Of a stretch of 60,460 nucleotides of DNA, positions 19,140-29,047 are shown in pieces. Under the pieces are notes generated by a model. It had not been told where the DNA came from, ran no database searches, and was given only the letters and a program-made list of their open reading frames with translations. The DNA lies in contig CAZYJD010000003.1 in assembly GCA_964647785.1 (NCBI GenBank), positions 1 to 60,460 on the forward strand, written 5' to 3'. The position numbers and the translations under genes were made by a program. How positions within the stretch are numbered: the stretch's first letter is position 1; the number at the start of each line of letters is the position of its first letter. This stretch comes from an uncultured Chitinophagaceae bacterium (GTDB lineage: Bacteria > Bacteroidota > Bacteroidia > NS11-12g > UBA9320).

Positions 19140-20350
19140 AAATTCTCAATATTTCCAATCGGGTTCCCTATCCGCTGCACGATGGTGGAGCCATTGCTCA
19201 TTACCGGCAAATCAAACATATGTCGGCACAGGGAGTACAAATTTTCTTGCTGGCGCTGAACACAAAAAAGCACCATGTTTCTGAGAAGGAACTAGAACAA
19301 CATTTCGCCCCATTTTGTCGGTTCAAGTGCATTGATATCGATACCACTCCGGCGCTTTTCCCGGCACTCCGGTCATGGTCTTTGGGAAAAAGTTACAACA
19401 TTGAACGCTTCAGGCATCAACAAATGCATGAGGCCATCGACCAATTGCTGCAAACCGAACATTTTGATCTCATACAATTGGAAAGCCTGTTTGTTGCACC
19501 TTATATCGAACAGTTAAAAACCTACGGGATCCCCATAGTTCTGAGACAGCACAATGCAGAATACGAGATATGGGAGCGCAAAACAGAAGAAGTTCACAAC
19601 CCACTGAAAAAACTGCTGTTCAGAAAATTGGCAAAAGATATCAAGCGTGAAGAACGCAGAGCGCTTTTAAAAGTGGATGCAGTTGTAGCCATAACCGCAA
19701 AAGATCGCACGAGTTTTCAGGAAATGGGGTGCAAGGCTCCTATGCACGTATACCCTGCTGGCATAGAAGCGGATGGTTATGAAGAAATGCCAATCGCCAA
19801 ACGAAATGTACTCTATCATTTAGGCTCCATGGAATGGGAGCCCAATCGCTCGGGATTATGGTGGTTTGTGAAAAACGTATGGCCGCTACTGACGGCTGAA
19901 ATACCGGATATTCAAATGCGCATGGCAGGTAAAAGGATGAACGATTACTTCCCAGAGAAAACATACGATGGCATTGAAAATTTAGGCGAGGTTGAATTGG
20001 CCAGTGATGTGATTGAAAGCAGTGGCATTTGTATTGTGCCCATACAAAGCGGCAGCGGACTTCGGATTAAAATACTGGAAGCCATGGTTGCAGGAAGGGC
20101 TGTTGTGAGCACCCCAATTGGCGTACAGGGATTGGATCTTGATGCTGAAAAACATTTCTTACTGGCCAAAAGTGCAGACGATTTCAAGGATCAAATAAAA
20201 AGGTTGCAGGATCCAGTGTTCTTCAACAAGATCACCTCATCTGCCAAAGAAGCTTGCACAAAGAGGTATGACGCCTCGATCCAAATCAAACAACTCTTGG
20301 ATTTTTATCTTCAATTGCTCCAAGCTCATACAAGCCAGGAAAAACTCTAA
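19136..20350 (+). CDS. Glycosyltransferase family 4
   Basis: Probable TTG start overlapping the lptF/G stop (MKILNISNRVPYPLHDGG); HNAEYEIW; GSMEWEPN; GSGLRIKILEAM. Confidence 0.9.
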   Translation: MKILNISNRVPYPLHDGGAIAHYRQIKHMSAQGVQIFLLALNTKKHHVSEKELEQHFAPFCRFKCIDIDTTPALFPALRSWSLGKSYNIERFRHQQMHEAIDQLLQTEHFDLIQLESLFVAPYIEQLKTYGIPIVLRQHNAEYEIWERKTEEVHNPLKKLLFRKLAKDIKREERRALLKVDAVVAITAKDRTSFQEMGCKAPMHVYPAGIEADGYEEMPIAKRNVLYHLGSMEWEPNRSGLWWFVKNVWPLLTAEIPDIQMRMAGKRMNDYFPEKTYDGIENLGEVELASDVIESSGICIVPIQSGSGLRIKILEAMVAGRAVVSTPIGVQGLDLDAEKHFLLAKSADDFKDQIKRLQDPVFFNKITSSAKEACTKRYDASIQIKQLLDFYLQLLQAHTSQEKL

Positions 20351-21672
20351 ATAAGCCCACCAGCGCGAACGGCAAGGTAACGGTTAACCAAATGAAGGCT
20401 CAATTTTTCTGGAGGGGTAAGGATGCTTTGAACCCCATATTGCGCTAATTTCTCCGTGAGAACAACCTTTTTCAAAAGCTTATTTTCCGCAATCAATTGA
20501 TCATAGAGATCTTCACGCTTTTTAACCTTCGAACGGCTAAAATCCAGCAGCAAGCTATTCTCAAAAAAGACCACCAGCAAAATATGCTTATGTGCCAAGC
20601 GGCGTAAAACCGGTATATTTCTTTCAAGGGCAGGCCAAGTCTCAAAGTTGGAAAACAACAGAAGTACTGACCGATGGCGAATGTGCTGCTGAACATGTGC
20701 ATAAAGCACTTCATAATCAGACTCTTCGGTGCTTTCCTTTAGGTGATACAAAGAATTGGCAAGCAACTTCATCTGACCTGATTTCGATTTAGCGGGTACA
20801 AATGCATCCAATTTTGAAGAAAATGCGATCAAGCCCGCCTTATCACCGCTGCGGTTCACCACATTTGCCAATGCCAGTGAAGAGTTAACCGAATGATCCA
20901 ACAAGCTCATTCCATTAAAGGGCATGAACATGCTTCGTCCCGTATCTAAGAGCATGTAAACATTTTGGGCCCTTTCTATCCGATATTGATTGGTCATGAA
21001 CTGGGCCGCCCGGGCAGTGGCCTTCCAGTTAATTTTTCGAAAATCATCTCCTAGAACATAAGATCGAATCTCTTCAAACTCATACCCCTCACCCAGCTTC
21101 CTTTGTCTATGCACGCCCATCTTTGTTGCCAATTTTGAAGAGGTTCTTAGTTGAATCTCCTGCATGTGTATTAAACTGGGGAAAATATGAACTTCACTTG
21201 CCTCAGCAAGTTCTATTCTCCGACTAAAAAACCGAAGTGCATGCTGCAGATATACCTGTATGTGCCCAAATTTCCCTTCCCCTCTCTTAACAGGTTTGAG
21301 GAAATACGTGAATTGTTTCACCTCTCCCGCATCAAAGGGCATGGATTTTCCGGCCTGGAAAGGTTGAAAACCGAAAGGAACCTCATCAGCAAACCCGATG
21401 AATAACTTTTTTGAAGAATCATTCCTGATTTGAATACGTATAGGATTTTCATCCCCCAAAGAAAGTAGACGGGCATGTTTTCTGTTGCCTGAAACTTTGA
21501 TATCTGCTGTGAATAGCGAAGCGCTCTCCCAAATTGAATACAAAACAAATAATACTGCCAGAATCACTGTGGGCACGTACAGCACAGAAAAAAATGCGGA
21601 ACCGGCAAAAAGGGCAACAAGCAATGCAGTTGTTAAGAACCAATTTACTTCAGGATACCACCTAAGCTTCAT
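20347..21672 (-). CDS. DUF58 domain protein (VWA-like partner of MoxR)
   Basis: N-terminal TM pair; EFEEIRSYVLGDDFRKINWKATAR; LLDTGRSM. Confidence 0.9.
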   Translation of the reverse strand: MKLRWYPEVNWFLTTALLVALFAGSAFFSVLYVPTVILAVLFVLYSIWESASLFTADIKVSGNRKHARLLSLGDENPIRIQIRNDSSKKLFIGFADEVPFGFQPFQAGKSMPFDAGEVKQFTYFLKPVKRGEGKFGHIQVYLQHALRFFSRRIELAEASEVHIFPSLIHMQEIQLRTSSKLATKMGVHRQRKLGEGYEFEEIRSYVLGDDFRKINWKATARAAQFMTNQYRIERAQNVYMLLDTGRSMFMPFNGMSLLDHSVNSSLALANVVNRSGDKAGLIAFSSKLDAFVPAKSKSGQMKLLANSLYHLKESTEESDYEVLYAHVQQHIRHRSVLLLFSNFETWPALERNIPVLRRLAHKHILLVVFFENSLLLDFSRSKVKKREDLYDQLIAENKLLKKVVLTEKLAQYGVQSILTPPEKLSLHLVNRYLAVRAGGLI

Positions 21673-22679
21673 TAACGCGGTATTTCCATTGCACGGGTAA
21701 TGTCTTCCATCACAGCGGCAACCGAGTATCCTTCCATTTCTGCCTCAGCACTTAGCACCAATCGGTGACCAAGAACAGGCACCAATAAATCAACCACATC
21801 CTCAGGAATTACGTAAGTTCTTCCGGACATTAAGGCATTCGCCTGTGCACCTTTCATTAACACCATGGCCGCCCGCGGAGACGCTCCAAGGTACACCTGT
21901 TTGTTCTCTCTTGTACTTCTAATAACATCACGTATGAACATCAACACTTCATCACTGATGAATACTTCGGGCACCAGTAATTTCAGTTCAGAGAGCTCTT
22001 TTTGCTGAATGATTGCCGGTATGCTGGTGTTCATCGCTTTTCTCAGGTTTTTAAATTTCAAGAGCATTTGCAATTCATCATCGGCACCCGGGTATCCCAT
22101 ATCTATGCGATAGGCGAATCGATCAAGTTGAGCTTCAGGTAAGGCATAGGTTCCTTCTTGTTCAACCGGATTCTGTGTGGCAATAACCATAAAGGGATCA
22201 GAGAAAAGATGCGTTTCACCATCTATACTCACTTGCTGCTCCTGCATTACCTCAAACAAAGCTGCCTGGGTTTTGGCCGGAGCCCGGTTGATTTCATCAA
22301 TCATCAGAACATTGGTGAATACCGGTCCTGGGCGAAACATAAACTCGCCTGTTTTTTGGTTGTAAATTTGGGTTCCCAGAATATCGCTGGGCATTAAATC
22401 GGGGGTGAATTGTATGCGGGTGAAAGCGCTCTCCAAGACCTGAGCAAATAAACGGGCTGCAAAGGTTTTACCTACTCCCGGAACCCCTTCCAATAAGACA
22501 TGCCCATCTGTTAACAATGCATTGAACATCAATGAAACTGTTTTTTCCTGTCCAATTAACCATTGGCCTATTTCCCCTTGAATGCGCTTTTGCAGCGCAG
22601 ACAATCCATCGGCGGATGACTGCTGTATGTCGGCGGAATGATCTGGCGGGCTCATATCTTGTGGTTCTTCCATTTTCAA
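21672..22679 (-). CDS. moxR: MoxR family AAA+ ATPase
   Basis: LLEGVPGVGKT, RIQFTPDLMPSDI, DEINRAPAKTQAALFEVM, ATQNPVEQEGTYALPEAQLDRF, GASPRA; start TTG 22679 or ATG 22673. Confidence 0.95.
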   Translation of the reverse strand: MKMEEPQDMSPPDHSADIQQSSADGLSALQKRIQGEIGQWLIGQEKTVSLMFNALLTDGHVLLEGVPGVGKTFAARLFAQVLESAFTRIQFTPDLMPSDILGTQIYNQKTGEFMFRPGPVFTNVLMIDEINRAPAKTQAALFEVMQEQQVSIDGETHLFSDPFMVIATQNPVEQEGTYALPEAQLDRFAYRIDMGYPGADDELQMLLKFKNLRKAMNTSIPAIIQQKELSELKLLVPEVFISDEVLMFIRDVIRSTRENKQVYLGASPRAAMVLMKGAQANALMSGRTYVIPEDVVDLLVPVLGHRLVLSAEAEMEGYSVAAVMEDITRAMEIPR

Positions 22680-22850
22680 AGAAATATTTCAAGGATAAGT
22701 TATTCTCGCTGAAATGTAAAAAACCCATGGTCAGGATTTTTTTTGAATGTTATCTTTTGACGTTGTTGTTTAAAGCAACAAATTTTATTTTCGCTTGGTA
22801 AAAAGGGCAATGGAATATCTGCTGCTGCCCGCACTAATGCAAAAAGAAAT

Positions 22851-23975
22851 ATGAAGTTTATTGCCAATACTTCCGCTCTGCTGGAACAACTGCAGAAAAT
22901 CAGTGGTACGCTTGTAAGCAAACCCGTTTTACCCATATTAGATCATTTTCTGTTCGAGTTGGAAAACGGAAAACTGCGAATTACTAGTACCGATTTGGAA
23001 ACATCCATGATCACTTCTCTGAATGTAGAGGCGGAAGAAGACGTAAAGATTGCTGTGCCATCAAAGCTTACCATGGATATGTTGCGTTCCTTGCCTGATC
23101 AACCGGTTACCTTTACAATCGATACCGCCAACCAAAGTATTGAAATCAAAAGTGAACAAGGGCGTTACAAACTCATGGGGCAGCCTGCTCAGGATTTTCC
23201 AAAAATTCCAGAGGTGAGTTCAGAGAAAAGTATTCAAATACCAAGCGGCATACTACTCGATTGCATTTCAAAAACCATTTTTTCCACTGGAAATGACGAG
23301 CTCCGCCTCAACCTAACTGGGGTATATTTTGTGCTGGATGATAAGCAAATGACCTTTGTGGCCACCGATGCAAACCGCTTGGTAAGAACCATAAGAACGG
23401 ATGTTATGCCAGGTACCTCAGCCAGTTTTATCATGCCTAAAAAAGCGCTGAACCTACTGAAGTCAAACTTGAAAAACGACCAATCAGATGTGCGCCTTGA
23501 ATTCAATGAATCAAATGCCTATTTCTCTTTCAACGAAACCGTTTTGGTTTGTCGTTTGATCGATGACAAATACCCCGATTACAATGCAGTGATTCCTGCT
23601 TCTAATCCGAATATCATGACCATTAATCGCGATGATTTCATGAACTCTGTGAAGCGTATATCCATCTTCGCTAACAAAACTACTCACCAGATCCGACTTA
23701 AAATTGCTGGCAGTGAGTTGGTTATCTCCGCCGAAGACATCGACCTTTCTAATGAAGGAACTGAACGCCTCAATTGTGTCTATGAAGGGGAAGATATCGA
23801 AATAGGATTCAATGCACGTTTGTTGGTAGAGATGCTCTCAAATATTGATGCTGAAGAAGTGAAGTTGGAACTTTCTACCCCCAACCGCGCCGGAATTCTA
23901 CTGCCATCGGAAAATGAAGAAAATGAAGATTTACTCATGCTGCTGATGCCGATGATGCTCAGCAGTGCAGCATAA
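22851..23975 (+). CDS. dnaN: DNA polymerase III beta clamp
   Basis: LPILDHFL, TDLET, VATDANRL, RLIDDKYPDY, IGFNARLL, LLMPM. Confidence 0.97.
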   Translation: MKFIANTSALLEQLQKISGTLVSKPVLPILDHFLFELENGKLRITSTDLETSMITSLNVEAEEDVKIAVPSKLTMDMLRSLPDQPVTFTIDTANQSIEIKSEQGRYKLMGQPAQDFPKIPEVSSEKSIQIPSGILLDCISKTIFSTGNDELRLNLTGVYFVLDDKQMTFVATDANRLVRTIRTDVMPGTSASFIMPKKALNLLKSNLKNDQSDVRLEFNESNAYFSFNETVLVCRLIDDKYPDYNAVIPASNPNIMTINRDDFMNSVKRISIFANKTTHQIRLKIAGSELVISAEDIDLSNEGTERLNCVYEGEDIEIGFNARLLVEMLSNIDAEEVKLELSTPNRAGILLPSENEENEDLLMLLMPMMLSSAA

Positions 23976-24116
23976 GCAGAGAAACTTCTCCTTTACTCCT
24001 ACAACCCACTCATAGGCATTGGGTAATATAAAGCCATTTGCACTTCCGCAGTAGCAATTGTATCAGATGCTTATGATGCATCGATATAACTTGGCGTATA
24101 GCCTGAATGTGGTTTT

Positions 24117-25397
24117 TTATTGATTTTTTAGCTTGTTTTTGCGCGCTGCCAGGTGATCATCTGAAATAATCTTTTCAGCCACTTTGCGTCCCATTCGAAA
24201 TGCGGCATTTTGTGAACCATAAAGCAAATAATCACCACATAGATATACTCCATCTTGCAGGGTGTATCTTGATGCATTAACGTCACCTAATACCGAGCTT
24301 TGAACGGGTAGCGCATTGGCTATGCGGTAAACCTTTAGAAGCTGCCAATCGCTTGTTTCGAAATACATCTGCATTTCTTTCTTTATATCAGCAGCCAACT
24401 GTACATCAGATATTTCAGGCAGTTGATTGATGCATACCGCAAGCAAATGCATTCCATCAGGAGCCAAGCTTGCATCCACATTGCTCATCACCACCAAATG
24501 ATTGACCAATTTTTCGTGTGCCGTATTCAACATGATAAAGCCATGATCAACCGGTGCCTTCTCCATTTTAAAATAAACAGTCGTTCCTCCGGTATAGCTG
24601 TATTGCTCCGGCATTTTGCTGTCTTTCAGTAACGGCGCTGCTGCATCCGTTGCAACAATGACGTTATCTGCCTTCAGAATTTCACCATTCATTAACTCAA
24701 CCTCCCCTTTTTTAATGGCCTTCACCTCTGAACTTAATCGAAGTTCATCCGCACTAAAACGCTCGGCAAGTTGTTTAGGAATGGCTTCTATACCGCCCTT
24801 AGGTACTGCAATGTTACCTTCGTTCATCATCTTAAATACAAAGTCGAACATTCTGCGGGAAGTACGCAATTCATTTTCTAGAAAGATACCTGAGAAAAAC
24901 GGCTTGAAGAATGATTGTACGAATTGGGCTGAGAATCCTCTCTTATGTAAATGGGTTTTGGTGCGTGCCTCATACTGTTCAAAAATGTCGGTATAACTCA
25001 TTTTTACCAACCTTCTTCTCAGTCGCATTAACCTTGTTTTATCCAGCAAACCAGCCAGAGGAAAGAAGAGCATTTTCAGCAGCTTGGATGGATCTCTAAA
25101 GGGGTCATACATTGGTATTTTCTTGCCTTTGTGCAACAAAACGGCACCCGGTGTAAAATACTTCAGTTGGAGGGCATTGAAATGCAGTATTCGCTGTGCA
25201 TCTGGATAGGAAGTTAAGAAAACCTGAAAACCCCGATCCATTCTAAACCCATCTATTTCATCAGTTAATAACTTACCACCCGGCCGCTCATTTTTTTCAA
25301 GAATGACAACCTTGTACTGGTCTTTTTTTAAACGAGCGGCAGCGCTTAATCCAGACAGGCCTGCTCCAATTATAATGACATCAGCGTCTTTATTCAT
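24117..25397 (-). CDS. FAD-dependent oxidoreductase (flavin amine oxidase / protoporphyrinogen oxidase-like family)
   Basis: IIGAGLSGL, GGKLLTD...FRMDRGFQVFLTSYP, C-terminal YLCGDY...GRKVAE. Confidence 0.85.
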   Translation of the reverse strand: MNKDADVIIIGAGLSGLSAAARLKKDQYKVVILEKNERPGGKLLTDEIDGFRMDRGFQVFLTSYPDAQRILHFNALQLKYFTPGAVLLHKGKKIPMYDPFRDPSKLLKMLFFPLAGLLDKTRLMRLRRRLVKMSYTDIFEQYEARTKTHLHKRGFSAQFVQSFFKPFFSGIFLENELRTSRRMFDFVFKMMNEGNIAVPKGGIEAIPKQLAERFSADELRLSSEVKAIKKGEVELMNGEILKADNVIVATDAAAPLLKDSKMPEQYSYTGGTTVYFKMEKAPVDHGFIMLNTAHEKLVNHLVVMSNVDASLAPDGMHLLAVCINQLPEISDVQLAADIKKEMQMYFETSDWQLLKVYRIANALPVQSSVLGDVNASRYTLQDGVYLCGDYLLYGSQNAAFRMGRKVAEKIISDDHLAARKNKLKNQ

Positions 25398-25399
25398 TG

Positions 25400-26245
25400 T
25401 CAGTCATTCATTGAAATAAACTCGATTATCTCCTCCACGGCCTGAATTAGAGGAAGGGGCATCTGATCTGACTGCCATGGATGTTTTGCTCCGAACGTGT
25501 GTCCTCCCTCATCAATCTCCACCAGGATGGCATGTTCAACCAATTCGTACACCCGCATAGCTTCTGTAATTTTCACCACCTGATCATCTGTGGCATGCAC
25601 CAGCAATACCGGTTTATCCAAAAGTGGCAAATTTTTACCCAAATTCAACCGATCTTCATTTTGCATGTAATCTTCAACAAATTGATAATACATCGGATAC
25701 CGATCACCTGTTCTTGCATTGTCGACCCAGCTTACCCCTGTTTCTTTCCATTGCGCTCGGGGAATCCAGTGCGTGTATGGCTCAAAATCGGAAACACCGG
25801 CAAGACTGATCACGGTTTTCACGCGTTTATCCTCAAACGATTTAAGCAAAACAATGCCCCCTCCTCTGCTGTGCCCAATGAGGTGAATATTCTTAACATT
25901 CACCTGTTTTAACTCCATCTCCCCATGGGATTCTACCCAATCAATGACTTTCCCTAAATCATCTAACTCGGTGGTTAAATTATTAAGGCCAAATGATTCC
26001 GGATCTGTAATTTCAGAGGGCTTCTCAATTCGAACCCCGTTGTATGAAAAATTAAAGAACATCGAGGCCATTCCTGCCTCTGCCAATTGTTGTGCCATCA
26101 AATGATTGCAACCCCAGTCTTTAAACCCTTTAAAACCGTGGCAGTAAATAACCAACGGAAGTTCATGACCTTTATCGGGCAAATAGAGATTGGCATGTAT
26201 GAGCTTTTCGCGGCTTCCCGCTATTTCAATCAGATGTTTCTTCAT
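25400..26245 (-). CDS. Alpha/beta hydrolase
   Basis: Start probably ATG 26245 (MKKHLIEI); HGFKGFKDWG, GHSRGG nucleophile, HATDD, GGHTFG. Confidence 0.88.
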   Translation of the reverse strand: MKKHLIEIAGSREKLIHANLYLPDKGHELPLVIYCHGFKGFKDWGCNHLMAQQLAEAGMASMFFNFSYNGVRIEKPSEITDPESFGLNNLTTELDDLGKVIDWVESHGEMELKQVNVKNIHLIGHSRGGGIVLLKSFEDKRVKTVISLAGVSDFEPYTHWIPRAQWKETGVSWVDNARTGDRYPMYYQFVEDYMQNEDRLNLGKNLPLLDKPVLLVHATDDQVVKITEAMRVYELVEHAILVEIDEGGHTFGAKHPWQSDQMPLPLIQAVEEIIEFISMND

Positions 26246-26254
26246 TCCCAATGA

Positions 26255-26692
26255 TCAGGTGCGAAAATAACTTTGGTATTTAGGTTTTCGCAAATAGAAA
26301 GCCGTATATAAAAAGGGGTACATCAAGAAATTCACCCAATTACGGCCGCTATCAAATTGAATGTCATCAACAATGATGCTTTGCGCTTCACCCGCCGATT
26401 TTACCATGTGTTTATGGCGCCATTTTTTGAGGGGAAAAGGAAGTTCTCTACCTTCATCTACAAAAAAGGACTCGCCAGTATGAAGCTGCCTTTCAACAAT
26501 CTCAGCTTCCATAACCGAAGTAAACGGCCATTTAAATCGAACCCTCACCAGGCAGCCCGGATCATCACCCTCATACAAGTCTGCTGCTGCGAGAAAGGAT
26601 GGCGGCATCAAATACTCAAATAACTGCCGATTGAAACCCTCAAACACCTCCGCAGCATTTCTTTCTACTTTGGTTTCAATAAGTATACGCAT
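26255..26692 (-). CDS. SRPBCC/START-fold ligand-binding protein
   Basis: ATG overlaps the cyclophilin stop (TGATG); FVDEGRELPFPLKKWRHKH...IVDDIQF pattern. Confidence 0.75.
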   Translation of the reverse strand: MRILIETKVERNAAEVFEGFNRQLFEYLMPPSFLAAADLYEGDDPGCLVRVRFKWPFTSVMEAEIVERQLHTGESFFVDEGRELPFPLKKWRHKHMVKSAGEAQSIIVDDIQFDSGRNWVNFLMYPFLYTAFYLRKPKYQSYFRT

Positions 26693-27366
26693 CAACGGGT
26701 GCCAGATTCTCCGGAAGTGCCCTGATTAAAAATCGCCATTGCATCCCAATTCTTTGCTTCTTTGCCTACCCGAATGATTTTTATGCTGAACATTTCATCG
26801 CCTTGAGCAATGGCGTCTACAACATCCTGTCCTTTGATAACTTTTCCAAAGACGCTGTGTTTACCATCCAGCCAAGGGGTTGCTTTGTGCGTGATAAAAA
26901 ACTGGCTTCCATTGGTGCCTGGACCAGCATTGGCCATTGAAAGTACACCTGGACCATCGTGTTTCAATTCAGGGTGAAACTCATCTTTAAAACGGTACCC
27001 GGGACCTCCACGACCATTGCCCAGAGGGTCTCCCCCTTGTATCATAAAATCAGGGATAACCCGATGAAATTTTAATCCATCGTAATAGGGGTCTCCAGCT
27101 TCTCTGGCCTCATTGGGCATTTTGCCTTCAGCCAAGGCAACAAAATTTGCAACCGTTACCGGTGTTTTCTCGTGTTCCAGTTTTAGATATATTCCGCCTT
27201 TCATGGTGGCAATTTCTGCGTAGATGCCATCGCTTAGATCAAGTTCTCGGATGAGTTTTTTCCAGGGATCTCCGGGCATTGACCAAGAAATAAAAAGCGC
27301 AGAAGCAAATAGGGTTAAAACACTGGTGCGAAATGTCTTTTTCATTGTATTCATCAATTTTTTCAT
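26692..27366 (-). CDS. Exported cyclophilin-type peptidyl-prolyl isomerase
   Basis: Signal-like N-terminus; [44 protein letters not shown]. Confidence 0.95.
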   Translation of the reverse strand: MKKLMNTMKKTFRTSVLTLFASALFISWSMPGDPWKKLIRELDLSDGIYAEIATMKGGIYLKLEHEKTPVTVANFVALAEGKMPNEAREAGDPYYDGLKFHRVIPDFMIQGGDPLGNGRGGPGYRFKDEFHPELKHDGPGVLSMANAGPGTNGSQFFITHKATPWLDGKHSVFGKVIKGQDVVDAIAQGDEMFSIKIIRVGKEAKNWDAMAIFNQGTSGESGTR

Positions 27367-27383
27367 GCTTTCTTTCGGTGCAA

Positions 27384-27391
27384 CAAATGTA
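27384..27391 (-). promoter_or_regulatory. -7 box (TACATTTG) for the cyclophilin operon
   Basis: Exact TAnnTTTG, 17 nt upstream of ATG 27366. Confidence 0.65.
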
Positions 27392-27418
27392 CCGAAACCT
27401 TCACTTCGTTGCGAACCC

Positions 27419-27426
27419 TATCTTTG
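27419..27426 (+). promoter_or_regulatory. -7 box (TATCTTTG) for prfC
   Basis: Exact TAnnTTTG, 7 nt upstream of ATG 27434. Confidence 0.65.
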
Positions 27427-27433
27427 CACCTTC

Positions 27434-29032
27434 ATGAATCTAACAAGCGAGATCAGCCGACGAAAAACGTTTGGCATTATCAGTCACCCTGATGCCGGTA
27501 AAACCACCCTCACAGAAAAACTTCTCCTTTTCGGTGGGGCCATACAAACTGCCGGAGCCGTTAAGAACAACAAAATACAAAAAACGGCTACATCCGATTT
27601 CATGGAAATTGAAAAGCAGCGAGGTATCTCAGTGGCCACCTCCGTGATGGCCTTTGAATACAACAATAAGTTGGTGAACATCTTGGATACCCCGGGCCAC
27701 AAAGATTTCAGTGAGGATACTTATCGCACTTTAACGGCAGTGGATAGTGTAATTCTTGTCATTGACTGTGTAAAAGGCGTTGAAGAGCAAACACGTAACC
27801 TGATGAAAGTTTGCAGGATGCGCAACACACCGGTTATTGTTTTCATCAATAAAATGGATCGCGAGGGCCGGGATCCATTTGAATTGCTGGATGAGTTGGA
27901 GAAAGAGCTGAGCATTTCTGTGCGGCCGCTTTCTTGGCCCATTGGTATTGGCAGAGATTTTAAAGGCGTTTATCTGCTTCACAACCACTCATTGAATCTA
28001 TTTGAAGCCAACAAAACCAAAAAGGCGAGTGATGTCATTCGCATTGCCTCTTTGGAAGACCCCAAGCTCGATGCCCTTGTTACAGAAAAATATGCGAACA
28101 CCCTTCGAGAAGAAGTAGAACTCATTCACGGGGTATATGAAGAGTTCGATACTGAGTTGTACCGCGAGGGCTTGCTTGCACCGGTATTTTTCGGAAGTGC
28201 TTTAAATAATTTCGGGATTCAGGAACTGCTGGACACCTTCGTAGAAATTGCCCCTAGTCCACGTCCACGCATGACCAATGTGCGCGAAGTGAAGCCAGAA
28301 GAAAACAAATTCAGCGGCTTTATTTTCAAGATTCATGCCAATTTGGATCCGAAACACCGTGATCGCATTGCATTTCTGCGCGTTTGCTCGGGTACTTTCG
28401 CAAGAAATACCTTCTACCACCATCCCAGATTGGATAAAAACGTTCGTTTCTCTAACCCATACAACTTTCTGGCTCAAAGCAAAAATGTGATCGAAGAAGC
28501 TTGGCCCGGAGATGTGGTGGGATTGTATGACACGGGGAACTTCAAAATTGGTGATAGTCTTACCGAAGGTGAAAACCTGCAGTTTATTGGCATTCCTAGT
28601 TTTTCTCCGGAAATATTCCGGGAGTTAATCAACCTCGAGCCCATGAAAACAAAACAGCTCGAGAAAGGAATTGAACAGTTAACGGATGAAGGGGTAGCTC
28701 AGTTGTTCCGGCAACAACCCGGCAACCGCAAAATCATCGGCACCGTTGGCGAACTCCAGTTTGAAGTGATCAAATACCGACTTGAACACGAGTATGGCGC
28801 ATCTTGTAAATTTGATCATCTCAGTTATCATAAAGCCTGTTGGATTACCGGACCGGATGACAAAGTGGATGAGTTCATCAAATTTCGAAACAGAGACATC
28901 GTTACCGACAAAGAAGGACACAAAGTATTTTTGGCTCAAACAGAATTTGTATTGCAAATGGCCCGACAAAACCACCCAGATCTGGTGTTTCATGAAAATT
29001 CTGATTTCCGCATTGCCGATGAAACACATTAA
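27434..29032 (+). CDS. prfC: Peptide chain release factor 3
   Basis: [45 protein letters not shown]. The real start is most likely ATG 27434 (MNLTSEI); the ORF-track extension overlaps the divergent gene. Confidence 0.97.
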   Translation: MNLTSEISRRKTFGIISHPDAGKTTLTEKLLLFGGAIQTAGAVKNNKIQKTATSDFMEIEKQRGISVATSVMAFEYNNKLVNILDTPGHKDFSEDTYRTLTAVDSVILVIDCVKGVEEQTRNLMKVCRMRNTPVIVFINKMDREGRDPFELLDELEKELSISVRPLSWPIGIGRDFKGVYLLHNHSLNLFEANKTKKASDVIRIASLEDPKLDALVTEKYANTLREEVELIHGVYEEFDTELYREGLLAPVFFGSALNNFGIQELLDTFVEIAPSPRPRMTNVREVKPEENKFSGFIFKIHANLDPKHRDRIAFLRVCSGTFARNTFYHHPRLDKNVRFSNPYNFLAQSKNVIEEAWPGDVVGLYDTGNFKIGDSLTEGENLQFIGIPSFSPEIFRELINLEPMKTKQLEKGIEQLTDEGVAQLFRQQPGNRKIIGTVGELQFEVIKYRLEHEYGASCKFDHLSYHKACWITGPDDKVDEFIKFRNRDIVTDKEGHKVFLAQTEFVLQMARQNHPDLVFHENSDFRIADETH

Positions 29033-29047
29033 CATCACTGGTCCTCT

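Noticed and set aside
22680-22850. Possible replication origin next to dnaN
   Set aside because: No TTATCCACA-type DnaA boxes seen; dnaN is commonly unlinked to dnaA/oriC in Bacteroidota.
23976-24116. 141-nt gap between dnaN and the convergent oxidoreductase (sRNA or small ORF?)
   Set aside because: No strong hairpin, promoter box or convincing ORF (only a 23-codon minus-strand frame).
27224-27433. N-terminal extension of prfC in the ORF track (similar extensions on lysA, mltG, the SDR, the 37014 hypothetical and the FAD oxidoreductase)
   Set aside because: The extensions overlap neighbouring genes or promoter boxes; downstream ATGs match family N-termini.
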